This document shows positions 1 to 8,555 of a stretch of 64,000 bases of DNA, in pieces. A program made the translations under genes and the position numbers. Source of the stretch: Candidatus Levyibacteriota bacterium (GTDB taxonomy: Bacteria; Patescibacteriota; Microgenomatia; Levybacterales; UBA12049); contig JAJDCG010000001.1 of assembly GCA_029260965.1 (NCBI GenBank), positions 312,012 to 376,011 on the forward strand. The letters are read 5' to 3'. Position 1 is the first letter of the stretch; each line of letters opens with the position of its first letter. The notes beneath the pieces are model-generated. The model was not told the DNA's origin, searched no databases, and saw only the letters and a program-made list of their open reading frames with translations.

Positions 1-103
1 GATGTATTGTTGTTTCTTTGCCTGCACTTTGCGCAAGAGTCTTTGCTGGGTCTAATGAGTCGTAGTCAACGCCTGATTCCTGATAGCTTATTTTTTTATT
101 CAT
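1..103 (-). CDS. purM: AIR synthetase, N-terminus only (runs off window)
   Basis: Manual translation [21 protein letters not shown]... has the Y..SGVD N-terminal motif; ATGA overlap with purC stop; pur operon context. Confidence 0.85.
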   Translation of the reverse strand, partial: MNKKISYQESGVDYDSLDPAKTLAQSAGKETTIH

Positions 104-1071
104 ATCGTGATTTTATTTATGTTTTCTATTATACGTTTTTCAATAGGATAATCAAACTCCTCAAAAGTATTCCCAGTTATTTTTTCATAAACTTCAACAT
201 AACGCTGTGCTGTTTGGATTATCAAATCCTCCGACATTTCAGGAGGAGGCCCATCTCCCTGATACCCTTTGTCAGCATACCAAAGACGTAAGAACTCTTT
301 ATCAAAATTCTCTGGCTCCTGGCCTTTGATTATTCTCTCTTTGTATGTATCAGCAATCCAGAATCGTGATGAGTCAGGAGTATAGATTTCATCAATCAAC
401 ATCAATTTTCCATCAAATAATCCAAATTCATATTTTGTATCAACCAAAATAATTCCGTGCTCAGCACACCACCTGCTGCCAAATTCAAACAAATCGAGGG
501 AAACTTTTTCCATTTGTTCATAGAGTTTTTTATTGACAATTTTTTGATTGATAATCTCTTCTCGTGTTAATCTCTCATCATGAACATCGGATCCTGCAGC
601 TGGATGAGTGGTGGGTGTGATGATTGGCTGTTTTAGTCTTTGATTTTTTTTCATACCATCAGGAAATCTAATTCCATAGATATTTCGTTCTCCGTTTTGA
701 TAGGAATACCATACAGATGTTTTGGTAACTCCTGATAGATAGCCTCTTACAACCATCTCAACGGGAATAGGCTTACAATTTCTGGAAATAAGAACATTTG
801 GGTCGGGGACTGAGAGCATATGGTTATCAACTATATTTTTTGTCTTTTCAAACCAAAATGCTGCTAGCTGATTAAGAACTGCGCCCTTGAAGGGAATGTT
901 TCCCAAAATTACATCAAAAGCTGACTGTCTATCTGTTGTTACGGTTATTCTCGTATTATTTTTAATATAAAAATCACGCACCTTGCCCGAGTATTTTTTT
1001 CCAAGATTTGGAAGATCGATAGATTCTAAAGCACGAGGAATTGTATTTAATATTGTTTTTTCATCAATCAT
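100..1071 (-). CDS. purC: SAICAR synthetase
   Basis: [32 protein letters not shown] motifs. Confidence 0.97.
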   Translation of the reverse strand: MIDEKTILNTIPRALESIDLPNLGKKYSGKVRDFYIKNNTRITVTTDRQSAFDVILGNIPFKGAVLNQLAAFWFEKTKNIVDNHMLSVPDPNVLISRNCKPIPVEMVVRGYLSGVTKTSVWYSYQNGERNIYGIRFPDGMKKNQRLKQPIITPTTHPAAGSDVHDERLTREEIINQKIVNKKLYEQMEKVSLDLFEFGSRWCAEHGIILVDTKYEFGLFDGKLMLIDEIYTPDSSRFWIADTYKERIIKGQEPENFDKEFLRLWYADKGYQGDGPPPEMSEDLIIQTAQRYVEVYEKITGNTFEEFDYPIEKRIIENINKITI

Positions 1072-1601
1072 TTATTTTTATCAAGATAATCTTTAACACC
1101 TAGTCTATCAAGCATATCTACCTTTTCCATTACCATATCTTCAAGATCTATTTGATATTTTTCCAATTTTTTCTGAATTTCTTTATTAGTAGCGCCGATT
1201 ATTCGGGCTGCCAGGAGTCCTGCGTTTTTAGCGCCATTTATCGCAACTGTTGCAACAGGTATGCCTGATGGCATCTGGACAATTGATAGAAGTGAGTCAA
1301 GTCCATCAAGGGACTTTGTTTTGACAGGGACACCGATAACTGGAAGAGTTGTGTGAGAGGCAACCATACCTGGAAGATGAGCTGATCCACCAGCTCCAGC
1401 AATTATTACCTGTAAGCCTTTGCCTGATGCTGTTTTGGCATACTCATTCATTCTGTCTGGTGTTCTGTGAGCTGAGACAATTGTTGTTTCGTTTGGTATA
1501 CCAATCTCGTCAAGAATTTTTCCTGCCTCACTCATCACAGGGAGATCACTATCCGAGCCCATTATTATGCCAATGATTGGTTGATTGTTTGAATTCTCCA
1601 T
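1068..1601 (-). CDS. purE: N5-CAIR mutase
   Basis: [37 protein letters not shown]; start moved to ATG 1601 just after purK stop. Confidence 0.96.
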   Translation of the reverse strand: MENSNNQPIIGIIMGSDSDLPVMSEAGKILDEIGIPNETTIVSAHRTPDRMNEYAKTASGKGLQVIIAGAGGSAHLPGMVASHTTLPVIGVPVKTKSLDGLDSLLSIVQMPSGIPVATVAINGAKNAGLLAARIIGATNKEIQKKLEKYQIDLEDMVMEKVDMLDRLGVKDYLDKNK

Positions 1602-1603
1602 TG

Positions 1604-2743
1604 CTATACTGTTATAAGTGACCTTGCTTTTTCTGCCTTTGCTTTGCATTCATCAAGCGAATTTCCAACAACTGTGATGTGTCCCATTTTGCGTTCAATT
1701 CTTGTCTCCAGTTTACCATAAATATGGACAAAAACGCCAGGAATTTTTTCGGCTTTTTTAATTCCTTGAGGCTTTGCTTTTCCTTTTCTTTCTCCAAGTA
1801 TGTTTATCATTACCGAGGCTGGCACAATCATTTTGGTCTCTCCAAGATCCATTCCCGAAATAGCTCTGAGGTGTTGTTCAAATTGAGATGTTTTATTTGC
1901 TTCAATTGTATGGTGGCCTGAGTTGTGAACGCGTGGCGCAATTTCATTTATAAGGATTTCGTTAGCAGCAGTTAGAAACATTTCTACCCCAAATACTCCA
2001 GCTCCATCAAGTAGTTTTATTGCATCTTCTGCTATTTGTTTTGCTTTCGCCTTAGTTTTTTTATCAATGGACGCAGGAGAAAAAAGATAATTAAGAATGT
2101 TATTTTCATGAATTGTCTCAACAACAGGATATGAGTTAATTATACCAGAAGTATTTCTAGCCACCATAATAGCTAATTCTTTCTTAAACGGTACAAACTT
2201 TTCTACATATAAATTTTTGCCATGAAGTTTTCCTAGCGCGTCATCAATTTGATTTTCTGTTTTGATTAATGCATTTCCTCTCCCATCATACGCGCCAGTT
2301 CTAGCCTTTAGCAGTACAGGATATCCAAATTTTTTAATTGCCATTTTTATATCAGATTTTGTTTTTACTTCCAAAAAATCAGGAATCGGTAGATTATTTT
2401 TTTGGAGGAATTCGTTTTGTTTGAGCTTGTCTTGAATAATAGCTAGTGTTTTGGGAGATGGATGAACTGGTTTACCACCGTCCTTGATTTCTTGAAGAAT
2501 GTTTTGGAGTCCTTTCTCATTTGTTACTTCAACTTCAATTGTCAAAACATCTGTTTTGTCAGCAAGTTCCTGAATTGCTTTTTTGTTAGTAAGCTCAGCT
2601 ACTATTTGTTCATCTGCTATTTGTCCTGCAGGGGAATTGGGATCGGGGTCTAGTACTATTAGTGAGAATCCAAGCTTGTGCGCAGGGTCAACCATCATTC
2701 TGGCCAACTGCCCTCCACCAATTATTCCTACTCTAGTTGTCAT
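1604..2743 (-). CDS. purK: N5-CAIR synthase
   Basis: [36 protein letters not shown]; start likely ATG 2743. Confidence 0.96.
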   Translation of the reverse strand: MTTRVGIIGGGQLARMMVDPAHKLGFSLIVLDPDPNSPAGQIADEQIVAELTNKKAIQELADKTDVLTIEVEVTNEKGLQNILQEIKDGGKPVHPSPKTLAIIQDKLKQNEFLQKNNLPIPDFLEVKTKSDIKMAIKKFGYPVLLKARTGAYDGRGNALIKTENQIDDALGKLHGKNLYVEKFVPFKKELAIMVARNTSGIINSYPVVETIHENNILNYLFSPASIDKKTKAKAKQIAEDAIKLLDGAGVFGVEMFLTAANEILINEIAPRVHNSGHHTIEANKTSQFEQHLRAISGMDLGETKMIVPASVMINILGERKGKAKPQGIKKAEKIPGVFVHIYGKLETRIERKMGHITVVGNSLDECKAKAEKARSLITV

Positions 2744-4136
2744 TTGTATTTCCTGATTCATCTATTTCTTTTATAGCTTTTTCTGTTAACTCAACAGCAA
2801 GTCCGATATAGTTTTCGGGAGTCAATTTTTTAAATTTTGTTTTTATATTTTCATCAACTGATAATCCATCAACCCACTTGCTCCAATCTTCAGGATTTAC
2901 GTTTTTTCCTCTTGTAAGAGTCGAGATAAGTGAATAAGGATCATTAACATTTTCTTTCCTTAAAAAGGTTTGAACAGCCTCTCCCAGTATCGACCAGTCT
3001 TTATTAAGCGCCCTTATTATCTCCTCAATGTTTGGTTCAATTCTTGAAAGACCAGCTAGGGTACTTTTGTATCCGATCAAAGAATTGCCAAGAAATGTTC
3101 CGATTTCCCTAAGAGTTGTGCTGTCAGATAAGTCCCTTTGCAGTCTTGAGATGGGTAGTTTGCGGACAAAAAAATCACCCAAAGAATTTGCTATTCCAAG
3201 ACGTCCTTCACTATTTTCAAAATCAATTGGATTTACCTTTTGGGGCATGGTTGACGATCCCACCTCGCCTTTTACAGTAGATTGCACAAACCAATGATCA
3301 CTGATATATCGCCACATATCCTGGTCCAGATCAATTATGATTCCATTTATTCTTTGATAGACTTGGATCATCTCGATTATATCCTCAGGTGGATTGATTT
3401 GAGTTGTAACAAGATTTGGTGTAAGCTCGAGAGATTTTATAAATTTTTCAGAAAATTCAATCCAGTCAATATTAGGATAGGTGTAGAATAAAGCATTAAA
3501 ATTTCCAACAGCTCCATTTAGTTTTCCTGTTAGCTTTAGTGATTTGAGTTTAATTGCCTCGTTGTTTAAGCGAGTTGCAAATACCGCAAATTCTTTGCCG
3601 ACAGTGGTTGGGACCGCTGCTTGTCCATGAGTTCTAGCAAGCATGGGTATAGCTTTGTATTTTTCAGCTCTTTTTACCATTTCACCGACAAGCTTATTGA
3701 GTTTTGGAAGTATTACCTTGTTGGTTGCATCAACTAGCTGCATTCTGTATGAGAGATTATTAATGTCTTCTGATGTGAGACCAAAATGAATCATTTCAAG
3801 TTGATCTTTGAGAGTTGTAGATTCAAGTTTTTTTCTCAATATTCGCTCAACTGCCTTGACATCATGACGAGTTTCTTTTTCAATATCTTTTACTTTTTCA
3901 ATATCTTCATCAGTTATTATTTCACTGCTTAAGTCCTGCAATAATTTTTCTTCTTTTTCTGTAAATTTGCGGGCAATACCTGCAATTGATAAAGCAAGAA
4001 GATATTTGGCTTCAATTTTGATGCGGTTTTTTATAAGTCCGTATTCTGATGTGATGGTTGAGAGTTCATCTACTTTTTGATTATATCTTCCATCAATTGC
4101 AGATATTGATTTTAGGGTTGATTTTTGATCTTTCAT
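2733..4136 (-). CDS. purB: Adenylosuccinate lyase
   Basis: DGRY, HFGLTSEDINN, RTHGQ, GSSTMPQKVNPIDFENSEG. Confidence 0.97.
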   Translation of the reverse strand: MKDQKSTLKSISAIDGRYNQKVDELSTITSEYGLIKNRIKIEAKYLLALSIAGIARKFTEKEEKLLQDLSSEIITDEDIEKVKDIEKETRHDVKAVERILRKKLESTTLKDQLEMIHFGLTSEDINNLSYRMQLVDATNKVILPKLNKLVGEMVKRAEKYKAIPMLARTHGQAAVPTTVGKEFAVFATRLNNEAIKLKSLKLTGKLNGAVGNFNALFYTYPNIDWIEFSEKFIKSLELTPNLVTTQINPPEDIIEMIQVYQRINGIIIDLDQDMWRYISDHWFVQSTVKGEVGSSTMPQKVNPIDFENSEGRLGIANSLGDFFVRKLPISRLQRDLSDSTTLREIGTFLGNSLIGYKSTLAGLSRIEPNIEEIIRALNKDWSILGEAVQTFLRKENVNDPYSLISTLTRGKNVNPEDWSKWVDGLSVDENIKTKFKKLTPENYIGLAVELTEKAIKEIDESGNTNDN

Positions 4137-4137
4137 A

Positions 4138-5232
4138 CTAACTAATTATATCACTTAGCTTGTTTTGTTCTTGTGCTTTTTTTATTTCCATAGCAATTCT
4201 ACGCCCAACATTTACAGGTTTTCCAAAGAGATAGCCACTGTACGGCGTTGCTGTAATTCCTGGTGATCCGGGGAAACGGGGAGAGACATCTATAACAACT
4301 ATGTCTTTTTTTGGTGGACCTGGTACTATAAATGATTGAAGCGCAAACGGTCCGACAATACCAGGATTTGTTAGTTCTTTGCAGGCTTTTACAAATCTCT
4401 CACCAATTTCAAATGCTGGCTCAAGCATTGATTCAAGAACTGTTACTGCGGTATGACTTGCTTCTTCATAAGAGATTGTGATTTTTTTTAAAACTTCTTC
4501 TTGATAATTAGCTGGCAGTTTGGTTATTCCATGAAAATTTGTTTGGCGTCTGGTATCGGTTCCAAGAAGCTCAAGTCTGTCTGATATGGGTGAATAGAAA
4601 AAGTTGAAGTTAACTTGTACTCCTACGATGAATTCTTCGATCACTGCTTTTTTGATCTGTTCTTCTGTAAAAAGACCGATATACATCTTCTGTTCTATTT
4701 GCTTGAGATAATCTTCATAGCTATCAACTATAAAAAATGCTCTTTCAAATTCTCTGTCTTTCTCGAGAATCTTTACAAGACATACTCTGTCTATTTTTTT
4801 AGGGTCTTTGAATTGTTTGGGGTAGCGGATTTTGGCAACATCAAGAAGGTCGTACTGGTTTGGCTTGAAACCTCTTTCCTCAATTCTTAAAAGTTTTTTA
4901 TTTCCAAACATAGGGACTTCAAATTTATTTTCAATTGCATCATAGTCATTGATATATACCTCAAAAGATCTATTTGGGATAAAAATTGCGTTTGCGGCTT
5001 TCAATTTTTCCTGGATATCAGGATTTAGCACTTCTGAAAATTTATTTACCAAAATTACTTCATCAACACATCCGGTTTCACCCTTTGATTTATAGTACTT
5101 TGCATATGTTTTTTCTCTACCTTTCTGACAAATAATTAAATTTTTAAATCCCTCATCTTTGGCGCCGCGAGCTACTTCGAGTGCCGAATGGCTGCCAATT
5201 GCTGCAATTGTTATTGGTTTATTGCTGTTCAT
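4138..5232 (-). CDS. purP: PurP-like ATP-grasp protein (FAICAR synthetase family, second paralog)
   Basis: GSHSALEVARGAKDEGF, NFNFFYSP, GPFALQ, DVSPR, GRRIAMEIK. Confidence 0.88.
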   Translation of the reverse strand: MNSNKPITIAAIGSHSALEVARGAKDEGFKNLIICQKGREKTYAKYYKSKGETGCVDEVILVNKFSEVLNPDIQEKLKAANAIFIPNRSFEVYINDYDAIENKFEVPMFGNKKLLRIEERGFKPNQYDLLDVAKIRYPKQFKDPKKIDRVCLVKILEKDREFERAFFIVDSYEDYLKQIEQKMYIGLFTEEQIKKAVIEEFIVGVQVNFNFFYSPISDRLELLGTDTRRQTNFHGITKLPANYQEEVLKKITISYEEASHTAVTVLESMLEPAFEIGERFVKACKELTNPGIVGPFALQSFIVPGPPKKDIVVIDVSPRFPGSPGITATPYSGYLFGKPVNVGRRIAMEIKKAQEQNKLSDIIS

Positions 5233-5233
5233 G

Positions 5234-6727
5234 TTAGTGCTTAAAGCTTCTGATTCCCGTAAATATCATAGCGACATCTGCTTCATTGCAGGCGTCAATT
5301 GTTTCTTGATCTCTGATAGAGCCTCCAGGTTGAATGATTGCTTTAATCCCTGCTTTTATTAATGTGTCTGGTCCGTCTCTGAAAGGAAAAAATCCATCTG
5401 TTGCTGCGACTGCTCCCTCAAGAGGCGTGAGTGCCTTACTGACACATAGCTCGCAACATCTTTTTCTGTCTTGTTGACCAACTCCTGATGCAATCAAAAC
5501 ACCATCTTTTACAGCAACAACACAATTTGATTTACTGACTTGAGATATTTTCCAAGCAAACATCAAGTCATCAATTTGTTTGCTGGTTGGTTTTTTCTTT
5601 GTCACTGTTTTTAGGTTATTTACCTCAAGCCTCATGATATCAGCATCCTGGATCAGATATCCTCCTCTGACTCTCTTTTGATCATCATACGGGACAAGAA
5701 AGGGTTTTTCAAGGTCTTTATTTTCAAGAAGTTGGAGTTTTGGTCTACTACTGAGCTCAGCTAAGGCTTCTTTTGTAAATCCTGGTGCTGCCACTATTTC
5801 AAAAAACTTTTTGTCTGCAAGCATCTGTTTTGCTAGTTTTTCATCTACAACTCTGTTGAATAAGATTACTCCTCCGAATGCCGCCAGGGGATCTCCCTCA
5901 AACCATGCTTTATGAAAAGCATCATGAATATTGTCGGCAATTGCAACGCCACATGGATTGGTGTGTTTTAAAATAACACAGGCAGGTGTTGCGCCGTTGA
6001 TTAGTGAAATTGTCATAAGTCCTGAATCAAGATCTAGATAATTATTAAATGATGTTTCCTTTCCTTGAATAACCTTGAAGTTGTTAAGTCCGAGTTTGTC
6101 TTTTCCATTATCAGAAAAGAAAAAGGCTTTTTGATGAGGGTTTTCTCCATATCTTAATTCTTTTCCGTTTTTTAAAATTTGATATTTATTTTTTGATCCG
6201 AAGAAGTTTGAGATTGAGATATCATATTCTGTAACATATGAAAATGCTTTTGCTGCTAATTTTTTTCTTTCCTCAAGTGTTGTTTGTCCTTTTGTCAGTA
6301 GTTTATAATCGTCAGGATCAACCAAGACAGATACGCTTTCATAGTTTTTGGCTGCAGCCCTTGCCATTGTTGGTCCGCCAATATCAATCATTTCAATACC
6401 AGGTTTTTCGCTGAAGGCGTAAAAATTACAGATTACGAAATCTATATGAGGGATTTTTAATTCTTCTGCTTCTTTCTGATGAGTTTTATTGCTTCTGTCA
6501 AAGAGAATTCCTGAGAGCGCCTGAAAGCTAATTGTCTTTACCCGACCACCAAAACTTTCAGGGTTTTTGGTAATTTCTTCAATTGGTGTAATCTTGATTT
6601 TATTTTTCTTGAGAAGTTCAGCTGTGCCGCCGGTTGCAATTATTTCTATATTATTTTTTATGAGGTTTTTTGCCAGATCTACAATTCCGGTTTTGTCATA
6701 AACACTAATTAGGGCGTATTTCTTCAT
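5234..6727 (-). CDS. purH: Bifunctional IMP cyclohydrolase / AICAR formyltransferase
   Basis: ALISVYDKTG, GRVKT, IDIGGPTM.RAAAKN, LRYGENPHQ, KHTNPCG, DGFFPF.D, IQPGGSIRD. Confidence 0.97.
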   Translation of the reverse strand: MKKYALISVYDKTGIVDLAKNLIKNNIEIIATGGTAELLKKNKIKITPIEEITKNPESFGGRVKTISFQALSGILFDRSNKTHQKEAEELKIPHIDFVICNFYAFSEKPGIEMIDIGGPTMARAAAKNYESVSVLVDPDDYKLLTKGQTTLEERKKLAAKAFSYVTEYDISISNFFGSKNKYQILKNGKELRYGENPHQKAFFFSDNGKDKLGLNNFKVIQGKETSFNNYLDLDSGLMTISLINGATPACVILKHTNPCGVAIADNIHDAFHKAWFEGDPLAAFGGVILFNRVVDEKLAKQMLADKKFFEIVAAPGFTKEALAELSSRPKLQLLENKDLEKPFLVPYDDQKRVRGGYLIQDADIMRLEVNNLKTVTKKKPTSKQIDDLMFAWKISQVSKSNCVVAVKDGVLIASGVGQQDRKRCCELCVSKALTPLEGAVAATDGFFPFRDGPDTLIKAGIKAIIQPGGSIRDQETIDACNEADVAMIFTGIRSFKH

Positions 6728-6729
6728 AA

Positions 6730-7746
6730 TTATCCAAGGATTAGGGGCAGCTTGTTTTTTTCAATTGCAATTTTTATCTCCCTTGCGATCCTCCTTCCTG
6801 TGCTCATTGGTTCGTTATAGTAGAGCCATGAATATGGAGAGCCGTTGGTAAAGATGTTTGTGCCAGCGACAATCCTGCAGGAAATTTCAAGAACGTAAAA
6901 TTTGGCATCAGGGGTGATTATGGTTTCAAGACAAAAAGGTCCAAAAATTCCTTTTTTATCTATTAATTTTCTGGATGCTTCAATTGTTTTTCTGCCCATA
7001 TCATATGCTTCAGGCAGCATACTCTCACGTAACACAAGATCACTGTTTCCAACAACAACATAACTTGGTTCAATGTCTAGCCCTTCCTGTCCAAGAAGTG
7101 GAATTCTTCCTATCCCATCAGCATTTGTTTCATATCTTCTGTCCATGCTCATAATCTCCAATTTGTCAGTAAGAGGAGAGTAGAAATAATGTATGTAAAG
7201 AGGTACACCAATCACGTATTCTTGAATTATGAATTTTTTATTACCAAAAGCAATGATTTTTTTTTCAAAATCAGTTTTGTTTTTTGCGTAAAAATATCCT
7301 TTTCCACCAGCTGCACCATAAGATTTCACAATAATTGGATAAGTGACCGGTTCGTGTTCGAAATCATACTGTTTAGGAACATTAATTCCTGCTTTGCTGA
7401 GCCACTCTCTTTGTTGTCTCCTGTCTTCTTCCCAGTCAAGAACACTCTTATTGCCATAATATGGCAATTTCATGTTTTTGTTCTTTTCTGTTCCAAGATG
7501 AGCTACAAATGAACCATGAGGTATGATAATGACGTTTTTTTCTTTTAGTTTATCCTCGATTGAGGGAAAGTCTGAAAATGAAGCAAGAGTTATGAATTCA
7601 TCAATAAAGGGAAATGATTTGTAGAATTCCTCTCGTTCTTTTGTGGTGATTATGAGAGTTTTAAAGCCTTCGTCTTTGGCGCCTTTTAATATCTGAAGCG
7701 ATGAATGACTTCCTAGTGTCGCAATTGTGTGTTTATTATTTTTCAT
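6730..7746 (-). CDS. purP: Formate-dependent FAICAR synthetase (archaeal-type PurP)
   Basis: LGSHSSLQILKGAKDEGF, PHGSFV, DRRYETN.DG, RESML, GPFCLE, EIS.RIVAGTN, MSTGRRIAREIK. Confidence 0.92.
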   Translation of the reverse strand: MKNNKHTIATLGSHSSLQILKGAKDEGFKTLIITTKEREEFYKSFPFIDEFITLASFSDFPSIEDKLKEKNVIIIPHGSFVAHLGTEKNKNMKLPYYGNKSVLDWEEDRRQQREWLSKAGINVPKQYDFEHEPVTYPIIVKSYGAAGGKGYFYAKNKTDFEKKIIAFGNKKFIIQEYVIGVPLYIHYFYSPLTDKLEIMSMDRRYETNADGIGRIPLLGQEGLDIEPSYVVVGNSDLVLRESMLPEAYDMGRKTIEASRKLIDKKGIFGPFCLETIITPDAKFYVLEISCRIVAGTNIFTNGSPYSWLYYNEPMSTGRRIAREIKIAIEKNKLPLILG

Positions 7747-7749
7747 AGT

Positions 7750-8553
7750 TTATTTATTAAAATATTGTACAGCATTTTTGAATATAGATAAACCCGGTCC
7801 TTCAGATGATGTTTTTTTGCCTGTTCTTTTGTGCTCTTCTTTTTTAATTTGCCAGTTGGGGAGTTGGGTAAAAAACATGCCCCGTTCAGGGTGTGGCATG
7901 AGACCCAGTATTTTTCCTGATCCATCAATGATGCCTGCTATATCAAGCGCTGATCCGTTGGGATTGTAGGGAAGATCAAGATATTTACTCATTTCGCCAG
8001 CCTCATATTTTAGTGCAATTTGTTTGTTCGTTTCAAGTTTTTTGAGATCATTTGCTTTTGCAAAAAACTTTCCTTCTCCATGCGCAATTGGCAAAGATAG
8101 TTTTTCTATTCCATCAAGCCAGGGAGTTTTGGTGGTTACTTTTAGATCAGTCCAGCGACATATGAATCTCGCGCTTTCATTATTTAAAAGCGCCAAATCT
8201 CTTTGACCATAGTTATTTTCAAATGCTGGAAAAAGTCCAGTATTGGCAATAATTTGACAACCATTACAAATTCCGATTACTAATTTATCTTTTTCTATAA
8301 ATTTCAATAACTTTTCCCAGAGATGATTTTTAATCTTGTTTGCGTATGCGATACCAGCTCCTGTATCATCGCCATATGAAAATCCTCCGGGAAAAGAAAG
8401 AATCTGGTAGTCATCGAGTTTGTAAAGTCCATCAATTATGTCATTGATGTGGATTATCTCTGATTCAGCACCAGCCAGTGTAAAGCCATATGCTGTTTCT
8501 GCTTCCGAGTTTAGTCCGTATCCTGAGAAAATTAGCACTCTTGGTTTTTTCAT
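7750..8553 (-). CDS. purQ: FGAM synthase glutaminase subunit
   Basis: PGGFSYGD, GICNGCQ, AHGEGKF, MPHPER. Confidence 0.97.
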   Translation of the reverse strand: MKKPRVLIFSGYGLNSEAETAYGFTLAGAESEIIHINDIIDGLYKLDDYQILSFPGGFSYGDDTGAGIAYANKIKNHLWEKLLKFIEKDKLVIGICNGCQIIANTGLFPAFENNYGQRDLALLNNESARFICRWTDLKVTTKTPWLDGIEKLSLPIAHGEGKFFAKANDLKKLETNKQIALKYEAGEMSKYLDLPYNPNGSALDIAGIIDGSGKILGLMPHPERGMFFTQLPNWQIKKEEHKRTGKKTSSEGPGLSIFKNAVQYFNK

Positions 8554-8555
8554 AT

